NCBI GenBank assembly: GCA_963727895.1
Contig: CAVSHT010000012.1
Location: 352,001-416,000, forward strand
Origin: an uncultured Methanosarcinaceae archaeon
Lineage (GTDB): Archaea; Halobacteriota; Methanosarcinia; Methanosarcinales; Methanosarcinaceae
Length of the DNA stretch: 64,000 bases
Direction: 5' to 3'
Of this stretch, positions 11,218 to 23,455 are shown piece after piece. The position numbers were made by a program, and so were the translations under genes. The first letter of the stretch is position 1, and each line of letters begins with the position of its first letter. A model generated the notes under the pieces. That model was not told the origin of the DNA, did not search any database, and worked only from the letters and a program-made list of their open reading frames with translations.

Positions 11218-12027
11218 ATGGTAAGGGACTTGTTCATGTTTGCAGGCTTCAATGAAAGCTCGCAGGTTGTATGGTTTAAGATAATCTATTCGAAAGAGCC
11301 TGGATCTTTGTCCTTAATAATTGACTTTCTCGAAAAAGAGAATGCTCTCATTATGTTTGGTCATCTGGATAATATTACACAAAATACAGGAGAGTATTCA
11401 GTATTTACCGAACTTAATAAAGACATAGATCCAGAAGAGTTCGCTCAAAAGATAAAAAAGCTTGACGTTGTAAGCGAGGTAGAATACGGAATTTCAAATT
11501 ATGGGATGGTTTATTCCGTAGACTTTCCTCTCAATATTCTCGGAGTTCGGGGAGTAATGGCAAGAGCACTTACAATTGTTGACATTATAAAAACTCTCAA
11601 TCAGAATGCCCCACATGCCGAGGGACTTCTCACTCTTTCAGGACTTAAAGGCGGGATTCATGCAGCAAAGTATTTTAAGAGTATTCTTAACCTTAATGAC
11701 AGTAACTTTGCAAGTATGCTTGCGGAACTCTTCAAAGCTGTGGGTTGGGGAATCCTTGAAATCGAATGTGATCTCAAGACTTATGAAGGAAAAATCACTG
11801 TGAAAGACTCGTTTATAGCTGATGTTTACGGTGGGTCGGAACAGCCAGTTTGTGCTTTTATGAGCGGTTATTTTGCAGGTTACCTTACTGAATATTTCGG
11901 AAAAAACATAAGTGTGAGGGAGGTCTGCTGTAAAGCTACAGGAAAGAAGGTCTGTGAACACATAATCTCGCCAGCGCCAGCGGGCGGTACAAGCCAGGAA
12001 TATCAGATGAGAGGGGAGATACGGTGA
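11218..12027 (+). CDS. V4R-domain protein with an ACT-like N-terminal region
   Basis: GWG...C-F-SGY-AG...VREVCCKATGKKVCEH is a V4R signature; GGAGG RBS before ATG 11218. Confidence 0.85.
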   Translation: MVRDLFMFAGFNESSQVVWFKIIYSKEPGSLSLIIDFLEKENALIMFGHLDNITQNTGEYSVFTELNKDIDPEEFAQKIKKLDVVSEVEYGISNYGMVYSVDFPLNILGVRGVMARALTIVDIIKTLNQNAPHAEGLLTLSGLKGGIHAAKYFKSILNLNDSNFASMLAELFKAVGWGILEIECDLKTYEGKITVKDSFIADVYGGSEQPVCAFMSGYFAGYLTEYFGKNISVREVCCKATGKKVCEHIISPAPAGGTSQEYQMRGEIR

Positions 12028-14045
12028 TAAAGCAACCCAATGTCATTCTTGGAAATGACGAGCTGCTTGTAACAATGGGAAGAAAAGGCGATATCTTAGG
12101 TTTTTTCTATCCCCGTAGAGATCATGCGCAACACGTTGAAGAATCCGTTGCCTGTATTCATACAGGAGAAAAGCTTCTTTGGACAAACGATAACGATTGG
12201 CACTGCATCCAGAATTATATAGAAGACACCAATATCGTTTCCACAAAACTTTACCATGATTCGGGAATTCGTATATCCATTCTCGACCTCGTACACCCTG
12301 ACGTCCCTGTTCTTATTCGCAGATTTAAGATCCAGTCTCAGAAAAAAATCTCAGGAAAGTTCTTCTATTATTCGAATTTCAATGTAGGAGAAACATCCAA
12401 GAAAAACTCCGGTTTTTGCGATTCTGAGATTCATTTGCTCGTACAATACTGGCAAAACCACCACATCGGGATATACTCCAACCCAACGTTTACTGAGTGG
12501 CAGATTGGAAAAGCAATGGATACCATATGGTGGACGAATTCCAAATACGATATGGAAGATGGAAAACTCCAGGGGAATAAAGAAGATATAGGAAATATTA
12601 ATAACGCAGCTGGTTGGGATCTAGAACTGGAGGCTGACGGAGCAAATGAGTTTGTTATCTATATAGGAGCTGCTTCTTCCAGACGCCTCCTGTATAAAAG
12701 AATGCAGGAACTCTCAAAACTGCCTCTGGAATATATTTTCGAAAAGACTCGGGAACATTGGGTTATGTTGCTTTCCAGAAAGCAGGTGCTCAAAATGCCA
12801 GGACTTGAGGGTTATAATAACTTGCGTCAGGAACTGTTCAATGCTTATAACCGGTCTATTCTCATGCTTAATCTTCTTAATGACCGAGAACATGGGTCTT
12901 TTGTGGCTGCTCCCGAGTTTGACTCTAATTTTGAGAAATGCGGAGGATACGGTTTTTGTTGGAACAGAGATGCTGCAGAAATCGTGCTCGCATTAAAGCA
13001 TTCAGGATATCCAGAATATTGCGATATGTTTTTCAAATGGTGTATTCAGACTCAGCTTTCTGACGGTTCGTGGTTTCAACGTTACTGGCTCAACGGGGAT
13101 ATAGCTCCTTCATGGGGCAATTTTGATTACTCCACCCAGATAGACGAAACCGGGTCCACTCTGTATGCCATGGATGTTTATTACAAGATTCTAGAAGGCC
13201 TGAAAAAAGATGAATTTCTCGAAGAAGTATGGGTTTCCGTGTTAAGAGCTGCCGAATATCTTATGAAGCGAACCAAATCAGGACTTCATGAAAAATGTAT
13301 GGATTTGTGGGAAACTTACTATGGAATTTTTACATATACAAATGCTTCAATTTATGCTGGGCTAATGGGTGCTTCTTACCTGGCTGAAGAGAATGGAGAA
13401 GCTGGTATGGCAAAGCGCTGGAAAAAGAGGGCAGAGTTCGTCAAACAAGCTACAATTGATCGTTTCTGGCTTCAAGAAGGATATTTTGCAAAAGGAGTAA
13501 TTAACGAGAAGTTGGACAAAACCATTGATGTAAGCATTCTTGGCGCCTATGTTCCTTTTGGAATGCTCTCTCCAAAAGATCCTTTAGAGAAGGATATGAT
13601 CCAGTTTATGATAGAGAACATCCAGAAAAAGCTTTCAGTACCCGTTAATCTCGGCTATGGCATCAAAAGATATGAGAATGACAGCTACATAAACGGGAAC
13701 CCGTGGGTAGTAACTACTCTCTGGCTTTCCGAAGCAATGTTTTCCCTTGCTCTTGAAAACCCGGATGTAAAAGAAACATCTACCTCTACTACAGGGACTT
13801 ATTCTGAAAACGAAGAAATATATGATGAAAACACGAAAAAACTGATCAGTGAAGGAATTAACTATCTTAAGTGGGTTCTTGCCGGAGCGACCAGTACAGG
13901 GCTTCTTCCGGAACAGGTAGACCAGTCTACAGGCAAACCTGCCTGGGCAATTCCTCTAGGATGGAGTGGTTCTCTAATGCTTGATAACATCCTCCTCCTG
14001 GACAAAATCTGCAGGAGAAAGGCAGGGAATTCAGAAGAAAATTGA
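12024..14045 (+). CDS. GH15 glucoamylase / glucan 1,4-alpha-glucosidase
   Basis: GYGFCWNRDA, QIDETG, DLWE, RYENDSY, GLLPEQVD, PLGWS. Confidence 0.92.
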   Translation: MIKQPNVILGNDELLVTMGRKGDILGFFYPRRDHAQHVEESVACIHTGEKLLWTNDNDWHCIQNYIEDTNIVSTKLYHDSGIRISILDLVHPDVPVLIRRFKIQSQKKISGKFFYYSNFNVGETSKKNSGFCDSEIHLLVQYWQNHHIGIYSNPTFTEWQIGKAMDTIWWTNSKYDMEDGKLQGNKEDIGNINNAAGWDLELEADGANEFVIYIGAASSRRLLYKRMQELSKLPLEYIFEKTREHWVMLLSRKQVLKMPGLEGYNNLRQELFNAYNRSILMLNLLNDREHGSFVAAPEFDSNFEKCGGYGFCWNRDAAEIVLALKHSGYPEYCDMFFKWCIQTQLSDGSWFQRYWLNGDIAPSWGNFDYSTQIDETGSTLYAMDVYYKILEGLKKDEFLEEVWVSVLRAAEYLMKRTKSGLHEKCMDLWETYYGIFTYTNASIYAGLMGASYLAEENGEAGMAKRWKKRAEFVKQATIDRFWLQEGYFAKGVINEKLDKTIDVSILGAYVPFGMLSPKDPLEKDMIQFMIENIQKKLSVPVNLGYGIKRYENDSYINGNPWVVTTLWLSEAMFSLALENPDVKETSTSTTGTYSENEEIYDENTKKLISEGINYLKWVLAGATSTGLLPEQVDQSTGKPAWAIPLGWSGSLMLDNILLLDKICRRKAGNSEEN

Positions 14046-14365
14046 GGAATAATAAAAAGAAGAAGATCTGAGAAACAGAAAGAAAGAGAAAAGGTATAAA
14101 AAAGAACAGCAAACCAGACGATCATTGAAAATTTTATACCCTTAGTTTGAGTACTAGACGATTCTGAAACAAATGTAGTAACAGCTTAACAATGATCTTA
14201 CTATGAAGACCTATTTTAACCGGCTTTTTTTCATTTACAAACTCGTTCATATCAAAGCCGGTTAATCAGGAAAACTATATAAAAAGCTCCCCCATTCCAC
14301 ATTTTGTCGTGAATTTTTTCTCGTTTTATAAATAAGGATTCGTTTTTAGATTAAAGACTCAGTTT

Positions 14366-15147
14366 TTAGACTGTAGCCACTTTTATGTAATCCGTTTTTG
14401 TTGTCGTATTGCTACCTGCAGTATTTGTTACTGTCAGTTTAATAGTATAATTTCCTACTGTGGAATATGTATGCGTTGGATTTTGTGAGGTCTTTACTGC
14501 CCCATCTCCAAAGCTCCATTTCCATGAAGTAGGTGAGCCAGTACTTTTATCAGTAAAGTAAACTGTTAATGGTAAATTTCCAGAAGTAGGTTTGCAGTAA
14601 AATTTGCTATGGGAAATGAAACTACTGGTGTAGTTATAATTGTTGTTAGAGAACCACTATTATCACTGATACCTTGTGATACAGCATCATCGTTAATACC
14701 AAGCCAAAGTTCACCATCTCTATCGATAGTAAAAGTAATATTGCTACCTATAGCCCAATATCCTTTTCCAGTAAGTTGGGGGAAAAACGAACTATTACCC
14801 CACTGATCTTGATATGGATCAATGCTTTGAGAACCTACAAAAGCAATAAGTTCACCATGTTTACTTGGGGCATCAGAGGTTAGAAATAGGTCTGCAAGAT
14901 AATCGCCACTAGTATCATCGCCATCTGGACCACATTCCTCAACACCCGTATTCCATGTACCGCTTGATTTAATAGACACAGTTTGTCCTTTCACTACTTT
15001 CAATCCTGTATCCTTCCAGAGAGGATTTGCAGGTACATTTATATTATGAGTTTCAGCATGTACAACTGATGCACTCATCGATCCAAGAAACGATAAAACA
15101 AAACATAATGACATTCTCTTAAAAAAATTGGCTTGTTGATGTTTCAC
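14366..15147 (-). pseudogene. Secreted beta-sandwich/lectin-like + PKD domain protein, frameshifted at ~14588
   Basis: Signal peptide; after PIANFTAN the adjacent frame continues PTSGNLPLTVYFTDKSTGSPTSWKWSFGDG...NPTHTY..GNYTIKLTVTN (PKD) to TAA at 14366. Confidence 0.8.
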
Positions 15148-15844
15148 TATTGAATGTCTCCTTTTTTAGCTGTTTTATAATGTCTATCCCAATTGGATCT
15201 GTAACTTACAAAAAAACAAATTAGATTTCACATGGATGAAGTGAACTTATTAGAAAATCTCCCGTTGAATTTTGAAAAGAATACGTTTTTATACCGTTAC
15301 AAAGCCCAACAGTTTCAATTATTTACCATTAATATTTAAAAATATTTATATTTAAAACTGTGGATCTATTAAGAGATTAATAAATATTTCTAAAGAGAAT
15401 TGAATTTATATCCAGTAGGTTGACATTAAAATAGACGTGATCTATAAATAGTGTTTTTTAAGTAGAGTACGCATTGTTATTTGGACAAAACATATTAACA
15501 ATAGCTCAAAAATTTCAGGAGAGGTATAAACAAAGATATGTTTTTACAATATATTTAATATAAAATATGTATTTTTCAGCAAAGATACTATCATTAAAAA
15601 TATCTAAAAACAAATTACCTGCCAAACGTAGGTTTATAGATTTGATAAAAAAATTATTGTTGGGATAAACTCAAGCAATATTATTAAAAAGTAATGAGGA
15701 AAACAGAAGTTAACAGTACACAAAGCACTGAAAAATTGTGTCCTTAAGTTTTTCTTCCACGCTTTTTCGTGTTGACAACAGTTTTGGAATTTCTTTTGCT
15801 TTTCCTGTTTTTGCTGTCTAAACTTAGATTTCTTTAGTTTAATT

Positions 15845-17260
<1,416 letters not shown>

Positions 17261-17354
17261 CTAAAAAATGTAAAATCTTTATTTTCTAGAGCTTAATCTC
17301 TTTTCCTGTGCGCGTAAATCTCTTTTCCAGTTCGTTTTGTAGGTTTTTGGGATT

Positions 17355-18539
17355 TCAGGCAATGACTTTTCCATATGGACTTTCTTCATAATAACTGACA
17401 AGCTGTTTTGCTGTCTCATTAGATCCTCCTGAATTTGAACCCAAAAGCAGGCTTGAAAGACTTGCTTTATTCATATATTCAACTTTTGGTTCTCCTGAGA
17501 TTCCTCCAAGTTCTGCAGCCTTGTCAATTGCATCATAAAGATTTCCTAAGCTATCTACAAGTCCAAGTTTCTTTGCTGTGGTTCCAGTATATATGCGGCC
17601 GTCAGCAAGGGTTTTTACTTCACTTTTAGGCATATGGCGCCCTTCTGATACATCGGTTACGAAATTATCGTAGCTTTCCATAACCACAGAGTCAGCATAC
17701 TCTTTTTCGTTATCAGTAAGTCCTCTCCAGGTGCTTCCCATGTCTTTCATTTCTCCGGACTTTGCAACATAATAACTTACACCGGTCTCATTATAAGAGG
17801 CAGACAGATTCTGGAAGATCCAGATAACTCCAATAGATCCAGTATTCGTAGAAGGGTTTGCAATAATGTAATTAGCAGGCGCAGAAATATAATATGCAGC
17901 ACTAGCTGCAAGATCTCCCATGGATACAACAACAGGAATTCCTTTTGCCTGGACTCTCTTAATCTCTTCTACAATTTCCTGTGCTGCTGCTGGAGATCCT
18001 CCAGCACTATTAACTCTAAGCACGATTGCTTTGACTCCACTATCTGCGGCAGCTTTGTGAATATCTTCTGTAATATCTTCGGAAGTCGCATAGCCAACTT
18101 CTGAAGGAGCGTTTCCTGTAAGTAAAGTTCCCTGAACGTAGATAACAGCTACCTTCTGAGAATTTCCAATGTCTCCTCCTACACCGAAACTGGAAAATAT
18201 TGCTGCAAAACTAACCAGTATGACGGCAACAAGAGCAAGTACAATCAGGAAATAAGGCACCCATTTACGCTTTTTTTTATGGGGATGCGGATTGAAGTTC
18301 ATAATTGAACTCTTATTTACAGTTTCTCTATTTTCAGAGGTTTCTAAAGGGGTTCCTTGATCAACTATTTTCCCAGAACCATAAGGGGCAGAATCGGTAA
18401 AGGAATTATCACTCGTACCGTAAGCCCTTTTTTCAGGGACGAAGCTCTCTCCTCCATTATGAGGAACGTCTTGTGAGATACTATCTTCAGATAGATCTTT
18501 TGAGCTCGTACCTTCAGGGTCTATGTTTTTATCGTTCAT
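17355..18539 (-). CDS. sppA: Signal peptide peptidase SppA (S49)
   Basis: TM anchor, LRVNSAGGS, VSMGDLAASAAYYI, TGSIGV, ADGRIYTG..A..LGLVD. Confidence 0.93.
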   Translation of the reverse strand: MNDKNIDPEGTSSKDLSEDSISQDVPHNGGESFVPEKRAYGTSDNSFTDSAPYGSGKIVDQGTPLETSENRETVNKSSIMNFNPHPHKKKRKWVPYFLIVLALVAVILVSFAAIFSSFGVGGDIGNSQKVAVIYVQGTLLTGNAPSEVGYATSEDITEDIHKAAADSGVKAIVLRVNSAGGSPAAAQEIVEEIKRVQAKGIPVVVSMGDLAASAAYYISAPANYIIANPSTNTGSIGVIWIFQNLSASYNETGVSYYVAKSGEMKDMGSTWRGLTDNEKEYADSVVMESYDNFVTDVSEGRHMPKSEVKTLADGRIYTGTTAKKLGLVDSLGNLYDAIDKAAELGGISGEPKVEYMNKASLSSLLLGSNSGGSNETAKQLVSYYEESPYGKVIA

Positions 18540-18838
18540 GTTTTATAGGACCATATATTTTAAGACTTTATATTTTAGATTTATCGCTTTAGTCTGCTAC
18601 CTTGAGCATCTCTAAGCTTTTTAGTAAAAATGGTGGCCTATTACGAAGTATGCAATGCAAATAATATAATTTGCAGAAGCCTACGGGCAATATAATTTGC
18701 TTAACAGCATGAATTGTTAAATCTATTATTTATTTGTCTCTACATTTTATTCTTCTTTATATAGGATTACTAACTATCCTCAAATAAGTTACCTTGAAAA
18801 TACAATACGCGAAACTGATTCAAAAAACTACTTGCCCG

Positions 18839-18945
18839 CAAGCCTTTAAAAATTGCTTGATCACAAGCCTTTAAAAATTGCTTGATCACAAGCCTTTAAA
18901 AATTGCTTGATCACAAGCCTTTTCAAAAAAGGCTTGAGCGAAAAC
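18839..18945. repeat. 25-bp tandem palindromic repeat CAAGCCTTTAAAAATTGCTTGATCA x3 plus a canonical CAAGCCTTTTCAAAAAAGGCTTG hairpin
   Basis: Units start at 18839, 18864 and 18889; a fourth variant starts at 18914; a related AAACTTTTTCAAAAAAAGTTTG hairpin lies at ~18979-19000. Confidence 0.9.
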
Positions 18946-19082
18946 ACATAGAAAAGGCGTGATAAAGAGGTGTAAAACAAACTTTTTCAAAAAAAGTTTG
19001 ATCAAAAACAGTAAGCAAAATATATTTTAGAATTGTAGTTATCGAAGAAAGATATATTCACAAAAAATATATGGAGATCAAA

Positions 19083-21209
19083 ATGCCAGAATCATCCAGT
19101 AAACCCGTACTTGTTACCTGTGGCCTGCCTTACGCTAACGGTAAGGCTCATGTAGGGCATCTCCGAACCTATGTGCCTGCTGATATTTTTGTCCGTTCTT
19201 TAAGAAAGGAAGGGAGAGATGTTACTTTTGTTTGTGGATCGGACACTCATGGGACCCCGATTGTTGTAAATGCTGAAAAACTGGGAATGAGTCCTAAAGA
19301 ACTTGTAGAAATATATCACAAACATTTTGATGAAACTTTCAAGCAGCTAGGTGTTTACTTTGATGCTTTTGGGACAACGGATGATCCTGAAAACCATAAC
19401 AGAACAACAGAGATTGTCAGCAAGCTGATTGAAAAAGGCTACGTGTACCCGAAAACTATAGAAATTGCCTATTGTCCGAAATGCAATCGTTTTCTTCCGG
19501 ACCGCTATGTGGAAGGCACCTGTCCTCACTGCGGTGAAATTGCAAGAGGAGACGAATGCGATCAGGGATGTGGAAAACACCTTGAGCCAGGAGAACTCCA
19601 GATCCCTGTCTGCACCATTTGCGGAGGGCCTGCCGAGTACAGGCAACAGGAACATTTCTTTTTCAAGCTTTCCGAGTTCAGTGACTTTCTCATGGAATAT
19701 CTCTCAAATAATATTGGCGGAACCATCAATGCCATAAACTATGCACTTGGTTGGGTAAAACAGGGACTTACGGACTGGTGCATTACTCGAAATCTGGAAT
19801 GGGGAGTAGAATTTCCAGGGCATGATGACCTCGTGGTCTATGTCTGGGTAGATGCTCCTATAGGGTATATCGCCTTTACTGAAGAATGGGCTGCAAAAAC
19901 AGGAAATTCCTGGGAAAAATACTGGAAAAACGATGGGGAAATCGTCCATTTCATAGGAGGAGACATTACTTATCATCATTGTATCTTCTGGCCAGCCATG
20001 CTTAAAGGTGCAGGTTACTCCGTTCCGACAGCTGTTGTAGCTTCAGGCATGGTCAAAATTGAAGATAAAAAGTTTTCAAAGAGCCGAGGTAATGTAGTCT
20101 GGGTAGGAGAAGATTACATTGACCACGGGTTCCATCCTGATCTGTTGAGGTATTATTTAGCAAGCTATACCTCCCACACAAAGGAACTAAATTTCTCCTG
20201 GCACGTGCTTCAGGAAAAGATTAACACTGAACTTGTGGCAGTGCTTGGAAATTTCCTGTACAGGACAATGCTTTTCGCTTTCAAAAATTATGGAGAAGTT
20301 CCTGAAGGAGAACTCGAATCCAGGGTAAGAGAAGAAATCGAAAAGACGCTGAAGGAAGTAAAAGCCGCAATGGCTGAATATGAATTCAAAAAAGCTGTAG
20401 ATTCTGCAATGGTTCTTGCGTCTTTTGGAAATATCTATTTCCAGTCCCATGAGCCCTGGAGTCTGATCAGACAGGATAAGGCAACCTGTGGACAAGTCCT
20501 TTATAATTGCCTGCACATTGCAAAAGCTCTATGCCTCATTTTTGAGCCAGTGACCCCGGATAGCATGGAAACTGCCTGGAAAGAGCTGGGACAGGAAGGA
20601 GACCTTCACGTTGCTCGGTATAGCGAAGCTCTAGTGCCTTTGAAAGTAGGCACAAAACTTGAGAAGCCAAAAATCCTCTTCACAAAGCTCGAAGATGACA
20701 GGATTGAGGAAATGGAAGAGATTGCAAATCAGAGGGTAAAAGCCGCAGATGCAAAGAAAACCGCTGCAAGGGGTAATAAAGAACCAGCCAAATCCGAAGG
20801 AATGGGAACTGAAAAAGAGGCAAAAGAAGCAAAAAAAGCTGAGGCAGCAACAAAATCAGAGGAGGAAACAGAAACTCTTCCTACAATTGATTACGAAGAC
20901 TTTGCAAAACTCGATATAAGAGTGGGAAAAGTTCTCCTTGCCGAACCTATAAAGAAATCCCGAAAACTCCTTCGTGTCGAGGTAGATATTGGTGAAGAAA
21001 AGCCAAGGCAGCTTGTTGCAGGTTTATCTTCATATTATACTCCTGAAGAACTTGAGGGAAAATATGTAATTGTACTTGCCAATCTGAAACCTGCCAAACT
21101 TTGTGGAGTCGAATCAAACGGCATGATGTTTGCAGCTGACGATGGTGGAGAAATCGTATCTGCGCTGATGCCGGACAAAGAGATAAAACCTGGTTCCAGA
21201 ATACACTGA
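19083..21209 (+). CDS. metG: Methionine--tRNA ligase
   Basis: [18 protein letters not shown], Zn knuckles, YVWVDA, KFSKSRG, C-terminal tRNA-binding OB domain. Confidence 0.97.
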   Translation: MPESSSKPVLVTCGLPYANGKAHVGHLRTYVPADIFVRSLRKEGRDVTFVCGSDTHGTPIVVNAEKLGMSPKELVEIYHKHFDETFKQLGVYFDAFGTTDDPENHNRTTEIVSKLIEKGYVYPKTIEIAYCPKCNRFLPDRYVEGTCPHCGEIARGDECDQGCGKHLEPGELQIPVCTICGGPAEYRQQEHFFFKLSEFSDFLMEYLSNNIGGTINAINYALGWVKQGLTDWCITRNLEWGVEFPGHDDLVVYVWVDAPIGYIAFTEEWAAKTGNSWEKYWKNDGEIVHFIGGDITYHHCIFWPAMLKGAGYSVPTAVVASGMVKIEDKKFSKSRGNVVWVGEDYIDHGFHPDLLRYYLASYTSHTKELNFSWHVLQEKINTELVAVLGNFLYRTMLFAFKNYGEVPEGELESRVREEIEKTLKEVKAAMAEYEFKKAVDSAMVLASFGNIYFQSHEPWSLIRQDKATCGQVLYNCLHIAKALCLIFEPVTPDSMETAWKELGQEGDLHVARYSEALVPLKVGTKLEKPKILFTKLEDDRIEEMEEIANQRVKAADAKKTAARGNKEPAKSEGMGTEKEAKEAKKAEAATKSEEETETLPTIDYEDFAKLDIRVGKVLLAEPIKKSRKLLRVEVDIGEEKPRQLVAGLSSYYTPEELEGKYVIVLANLKPAKLCGVESNGMMFAADDGGEIVSALMPDKEIKPGSRIH

Positions 21210-21215
21210 AACAGA

Positions 21216-21292
21216 TTCTTTTCTTTTTTACTTTTTTATTTTCTTTTCTTTTTTACTTTTTATTCTGATTTTTTCTTTCTAGTTTTCTTTTT
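21216..21292 (+). terminator. Oligo-T tract, likely archaeal intrinsic terminator of metG
   Basis: Long series of T runs immediately after the metG stop. Confidence 0.5.
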
Positions 21293-21610
21293 GTGGAAAA
21301 GCTAAGTGAGGTCAAATTGGCAAAATCCATGTAAAATATAACTCTGGGCAAAAACAGATTTTATTTTATTCAAAAATGAGTGAACATATTTATAAAGTTT
21401 GAAAGATCTAATAATATGAAGCAAGTTGTCTAAACTAATCTCGTTTTTTTCTTCTTTTGTTTTTGAACCTCAAGCGGAGTTAGGCCAATTTGCCTCAATA
21501 AATGAAAAAAGGTACTCCAATAAAGTTACTCCAATAAATCATAAAAAATTCAGCCAGTAATTCAGATAACCTACTCTTTACCAAATAAAAATAAAGAACA
21601 GGAGAATTAG

Positions 21611-22300
21611 ATGAAACGCCTAAATTTGTTTTCGATACTTTTTACACTTATAATGCTTCTTTTGGTTCCAAATCTTGCAGCGGCTTCATTTGCTGCAGAA
21701 GCTGGAGAAATACCATACCAGATAAACAACTCTGACCGCATAGTTATTGGTACAGTGAGTAAGGTTGATATGTTTCGTGACCACATGATTGCTATAGTTG
21801 AAGTTAATGAGTGGCTTTATAACCCTCTGCCCACAAAAACCATAAAAGTAAAAAGTGGAATCGGAACTAATGTAGCGGTGTCAACAGAGCCTAATTTTAA
21901 TCAGAACGAATCCGTACTCTTGATGCTAAACGACATAAATTTAGATCAACAACTTTTCCATGTTGCTATAGGAGAGCCAGGAAAACGTCCTGTTTCAGAC
22001 AGAGATGCAGTAATCAAAGAACTGAAAGCTCTGGGTAAGTGGCCGGAAGAAAAACAAATTGAGAACAAAACCAATGAGACCAAAAAAATAGGAAATATAG
22101 AATATTTAGGCAAACAAAAGGAAAATCAAACAGAAAATAAGACAAATAACACTGGAATGATAGAGAACAAAGTAACAACAGGAAAGCAGGAAGAAAATAC
22201 CACTAATAATCAGAAATCAAACGCTACTCCTTTTATGAGCGCTATTTGTATAATTGCAGCAGTGTTGGGAGCAATCGTGTACGTAAAAAGGAAACAATAA
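21611..22300 (+). CDS. Secreted/surface protein with a C-terminal TM + basic tail (PGF-CTERM-like sorting signal)
   Basis: N-terminal signal peptide, SDRIVIGTV domain, N/T/E/K-rich linker, TPF-hydrophobic-KRKQ tail. Confidence 0.75.
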   Translation: MKRLNLFSILFTLIMLLLVPNLAAASFAAEAGEIPYQINNSDRIVIGTVSKVDMFRDHMIAIVEVNEWLYNPLPTKTIKVKSGIGTNVAVSTEPNFNQNESVLLMLNDINLDQQLFHVAIGEPGKRPVSDRDAVIKELKALGKWPEEKQIENKTNETKKIGNIEYLGKQKENQTENKTNNTGMIENKVTTGKQEENTTNNQKSNATPFMSAICIIAAVLGAIVYVKRKQ

Positions 22301-22386
22301 AACTATGATAGAATAATTTACGCAGATTATTTAAAAAATGGTGTATGAAAAGTCTTGAAAAGCTGGTTGTACATCGATCAGATGTA

Positions 22387-22917
22387 TTAACCTTTATTTT
22401 CCAGTACCATCTCAAGGTAAGAAGTTCGAATAGAATCTTTTTCTCCGGCACCAAACTGTTTCAGCAATTCAAATAATTTTGCCCTTGAAATTTCAAGCTC
22501 TTTTTCGTTTTCAGCCACGATTTCGACTTCAAGAAATTCTCCAAGGTTTTCTACGGAATCAAGACAAACAGTAATATCTCCTGTGCTGAAAACTTCTCTC
22601 TTTTTGCGTACTACTCCGGCTTCAGAAAAACCAAGGGCATGCAAAATTTGTATTGTATTAACCTCGTCTACAGGAGTTTCTAATTCTTCCCGAGTTTTAG
22701 AGATGCCATCAAGCTTGGGACCTTTATAAGTCATTACAGCTTTTCCTTCCAGTGAACGTATCCTGAGTGCTTCGTCAGTTTTCGCAAAATCCCTGTGAGG
22801 AGCTGCAAAATAAACATCGGATTGATTCTCAACTCCGATTTTTACTGCCCCTATTTCTTTGAGAATAGAGCGGGCTTTAGAATGGTCTGCTCTGACTTTT
22901 ACCTCGATTTCAATCAT
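22387..22917 (-). CDS. cyaB: CYTH-family (class IV adenylate cyclase-like) protein
   Basis: IEIEVK, QSDVYF..P.RDF..TDEALRIR, TYKGPK, LGEFLEVE, SYLEM. Confidence 0.9.
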   Translation of the reverse strand: MIEIEVKVRADHSKARSILKEIGAVKIGVENQSDVYFAAPHRDFAKTDEALRIRSLEGKAVMTYKGPKLDGISKTREELETPVDEVNTIQILHALGFSEAGVVRKKREVFSTGDITVCLDSVENLGEFLEVEIVAENEKELEISRAKLFELLKQFGAGEKDSIRTSYLEMVLENKG

Positions 22918-23047
22918 AGTTTTCAGGCATCTCCAGTAAATCAGATTAAAATTCACAAAATTTCGGGATAAGAGTTCATATTAGCGTTCAGTTTGTTAAA
23001 AATCGATTAACTAATCTTAAAAAAATGGAATCTGGAAAATCCAGATT

Positions 23048-23449
23048 TTATTCTGTATCTTCAGGAACGAACTTGGTGCCGTAGTAAATCATTCCACGTT
23101 CACCGTCTTCCCCAAGTTTACGGAACACAGATCTTACCCTAGTTCCAATATGAATTTTTTCAGGGTCGCCTACAACCTGAGAGGTTAAACGAGGACCTTC
23201 ATCCAGCTGAATTATTGCAAGGGCGTAAGGAACCTGACTTTCAAAACCTTCAGCAGCGGTATGAATTACTGTATATGATACTACTTCTCCAGTACCTTTG
23301 AACTTATAGGGTTCGATATGACCTCCACGCCTGCAGTTTACACAAACATTGCGTGGTGGATAATAGTGTTCCCCACAATCTTTACAGTAGGTACCTTCAA
23401 GATTATACCTGCTATCTAAACTTCGCCAGAATCTTGGAACAGAAGACAT
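23048..23449 (-). CDS. DUF35 Zn-ribbon/OB-fold scaffold protein of the thiolase-HMGS complex
   Basis: CKDCG...YPPR.VC.NC, G.GEVVSYTVIH, YG.KF; operon position. Confidence 0.92.
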   Translation of the reverse strand: MSSVPRFWRSLDSRYNLEGTYCKDCGEHYYPPRNVCVNCRRGGHIEPYKFKGTGEVVSYTVIHTAAEGFESQVPYALAIIQLDEGPRLTSQVVGDPEKIHIGTRVRSVFRKLGEDGERGMIYYGTKFVPEDTE

Positions 23450-23455
23450 TGAGTA

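Noticed and set aside
18839..18945. Mini CRISPR array
   Set aside because: 25-bp units are directly abutting, with no spacers and no cas genes nearby.
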